From Nitrosopumilaceae archaeon (lineage in GTDB: Archaea; Thermoproteota; Nitrososphaeria; Nitrososphaerales; Nitrosopumilaceae): a stretch of DNA of 64,000 nucleotides. The notes under the pieces are model-generated. The model saw only the letters and a list, made by a program, of their open reading frames with translations, did no database searches and was not told where the DNA came from. The translations under genes and the position numbers were made by a program. The stretch is from the NCBI GenBank assembly GCA_965207375.1, contig OZ242274.1, positions 1,472,001-1,536,000 on the forward strand. The letters run 5' to 3'. Positions 62,428 to 64,000 of the stretch are shown one piece after another; the stretch's first letter is position 1, and every line of letters begins with the position of its first letter.

Positions 62428-63185
62428 TGGTAAAAAATTACCTACCCTATAGAATTGCATTTTATGCTGGAATAATTGTACTATGGGGTATAATTGCAGC
62501 AATTGAGATATGGCCATCTAATGTCTTTCCATCCCCATACGAGGTGGCAAAAGATTTGATGTTTAGTGCATCTGATGGGAGTCTGTTTTATGGAATTGCA
62601 GTAAGTATGGGACGGCTGTTAATAGGACTAGCAATTGCCATCGGTGGAGGTATAGTTTTAGGCGTATTTATGGCTAGAGTCGAGGTTGTAAACCAGACTG
62701 TGGGTTCATTGGTACTTGGTCTACAATCAATCCCCTCTATTGCATGGGTCCCACTAGCAATTCTTTGGTACGGATTAAATGATGTAGGAATAATTTTCGT
62801 AGTAGCAATTGGTGCAATATTTGCAGTAACAATTAACACGTATACAGGAGTAAAAAATATCGACCCACACTATATTGAGGCTGCACGAAACATGGGTGCA
62901 AAGGGCAGTCAGCTAGTCACTAGTGTTTTGCTTCCTGCTGCATTTCCATACATGATTTCAGGATTCAAGCAAGGGTGGGCCTTTGCATGGAGGGGAGTCA
63001 TAGGTGCAGAATTACTCTTTGCATTTTTGGGTCTTGGGCATTTGCTGTATGCTGCACGCTCCCTTACAGATGTTTCCCAAGTTATTGCAATAATGCTTGT
63101 AATCATGGGAATTGGGTTGCTAGTTGATGGTATAATTTTCAAAAGACTAGAAAACAAGGTAATGGCGCGCTGGGGCCTGCGCTAG
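62424..63185 (+). CDS. ssuC: nitrate/sulfonate ABC permease
   Basis: multiple TM helices; EAARNMGA motif. Confidence 0.88.
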   Translation: MMVKNYLPYRIAFYAGIIVLWGIIAAIEIWPSNVFPSPYEVAKDLMFSASDGSLFYGIAVSMGRLLIGLAIAIGGGIVLGVFMARVEVVNQTVGSLVLGLQSIPSIAWVPLAILWYGLNDVGIIFVVAIGAIFAVTINTYTGVKNIDPHYIEAARNMGAKGSQLVTSVLLPAAFPYMISGFKQGWAFAWRGVIGAELLFAFLGLGHLLYAARSLTDVSQVIAIMLVIMGIGLLVDGIIFKRLENKVMARWGLR

Positions 63186-63229
63186 AACAGCTTGGAGGAG
63201 GGGTGCATGCCAATACCTTTGCAACATTA

Positions 63230-63450
63230 ACTGATGCACAACGTGCAGAAAATATGAAAGTGGAAAAAACAGGTAGGATACGGTAGAAGATGGCTAGTTG
63301 AGATAATGTTTTCGGCATTCAAGTAAATGTTTGGAAGCGCTGTAATGGCAGTAAAGATGGAAAACATAGTTCGGGAGATTTCATTTAAGGTATTTGCATA
63401 CAAAAAGATGCTAGACATAGCGCAGGAGGCCATGGCTAGAGATAATGACT
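63230..63450 (+). pseudogene. C-terminal remnant of an IS5-like transposase
   Basis: WKKQVGYGRRWLVEIMFSAFK*MFG with in-frame stop. Confidence 0.65.
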
Positions 63451-63736
63451 GTAAACTGTACCGTACAAGTCAATCAGACTTGGATCAAGTTAGATTTGGA
63501 CCAAGTCGGAGTTGCGCTACTGTCTATCGAGATCTGGGAATTTTTATAGTATGAGATACAATAGATTGTATCAGGATCTGAATTCCCTAGACTAACGTAA
63601 ACCTTATGGTATAACGATGGTACGTGGGCGAAATGTGGATTCTGGGCACGCATTTTAGCATATCCTGCCGCATTTCTGCGCATATCTTACCTGCAAGATC
63701 AGTATCTCTGCATTGATCGATTTTGATGTCATGCAG

Positions 63737-63958
63737 AGAGTTGATTCGTAATTAGAAAATCACACCTAACAAGAGCAAAAATCTGTGCCCAGATCTAATG
63801 ATATCTCTGAAATCCAAAGAAAATACGACCAGCTAAACTATATTGTGTGTGGTTTGGTAAACTATACCATATTGCAGCAGTCAAATCAGATGACCTGACT
63901 AAAACAAGGCATCCCGATGACAGCATACACGCATAAAAAATAATTACAGAACGCCTCT
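63737..63958 (+). mobile_element. MITE derived from the IS5/ISL2-like element
   Basis: TIRs AGAGTTGATTCGTAATTA / AGAGGCGTTCTGTAATTA match 58014-59095; interior resembles that transposase's 3' end. Confidence 0.8.
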
Positions 63959-64000
63959 CTGATACAATCTATTTTGCTATACCAATAAAAGATAGCTAGT

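Noticed and set aside
1-64000. tRNA/rRNA genes or a tyrosine/serine integrase
   Set aside because: None recognised by eye; tRNAscan-SE and HMM searches would be needed to exclude them

Overview
Low-GC archaeal DNA. The PolB, PriS, PriL, DinG and SsuABC proteins look thaumarchaeal (Nitrosopumilaceae-like), and the heavy IS load may indicate a host-associated lineage; both points are inference from protein motifs recalled from memory, with no database search. Almost the whole window is accessory. (1) 1-8 kb: MGE-type small genes plus a surface-protein gene broken by IS66 and IS630. (2) ~8-24.4 kb: a capsid-less, integrase-less replicon module with a D5/P4-type SF3 helicase, a complete PolB with PIP box, DinG, PriL, PriS, two ParB-domain proteins, two DNA methyltransferases, a chorismate mutase and two candidate origins. 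(3) 26-54 kb: a defence island with an N6-MTase plus PLD-SNF2 pair, three HNH nucleases, a pbeABCD-like operon extended by extra nuclease-like genes, dndBCDEA phosphorothioation genes, an AlbA_2 protein and a GmrSD/SspE-like protein. (4) 54-60.6 kb: nested IS66, IS110/IS1111, ISH3-like and IS5 elements, including a probable bridge/seekRNA region and an orphan copy of it. (5) From 60.6 kb: an ssuABC-like ABC transporter. A ~490-bp direct repeat from the surface-protein gene brackets the central ~54 kb.
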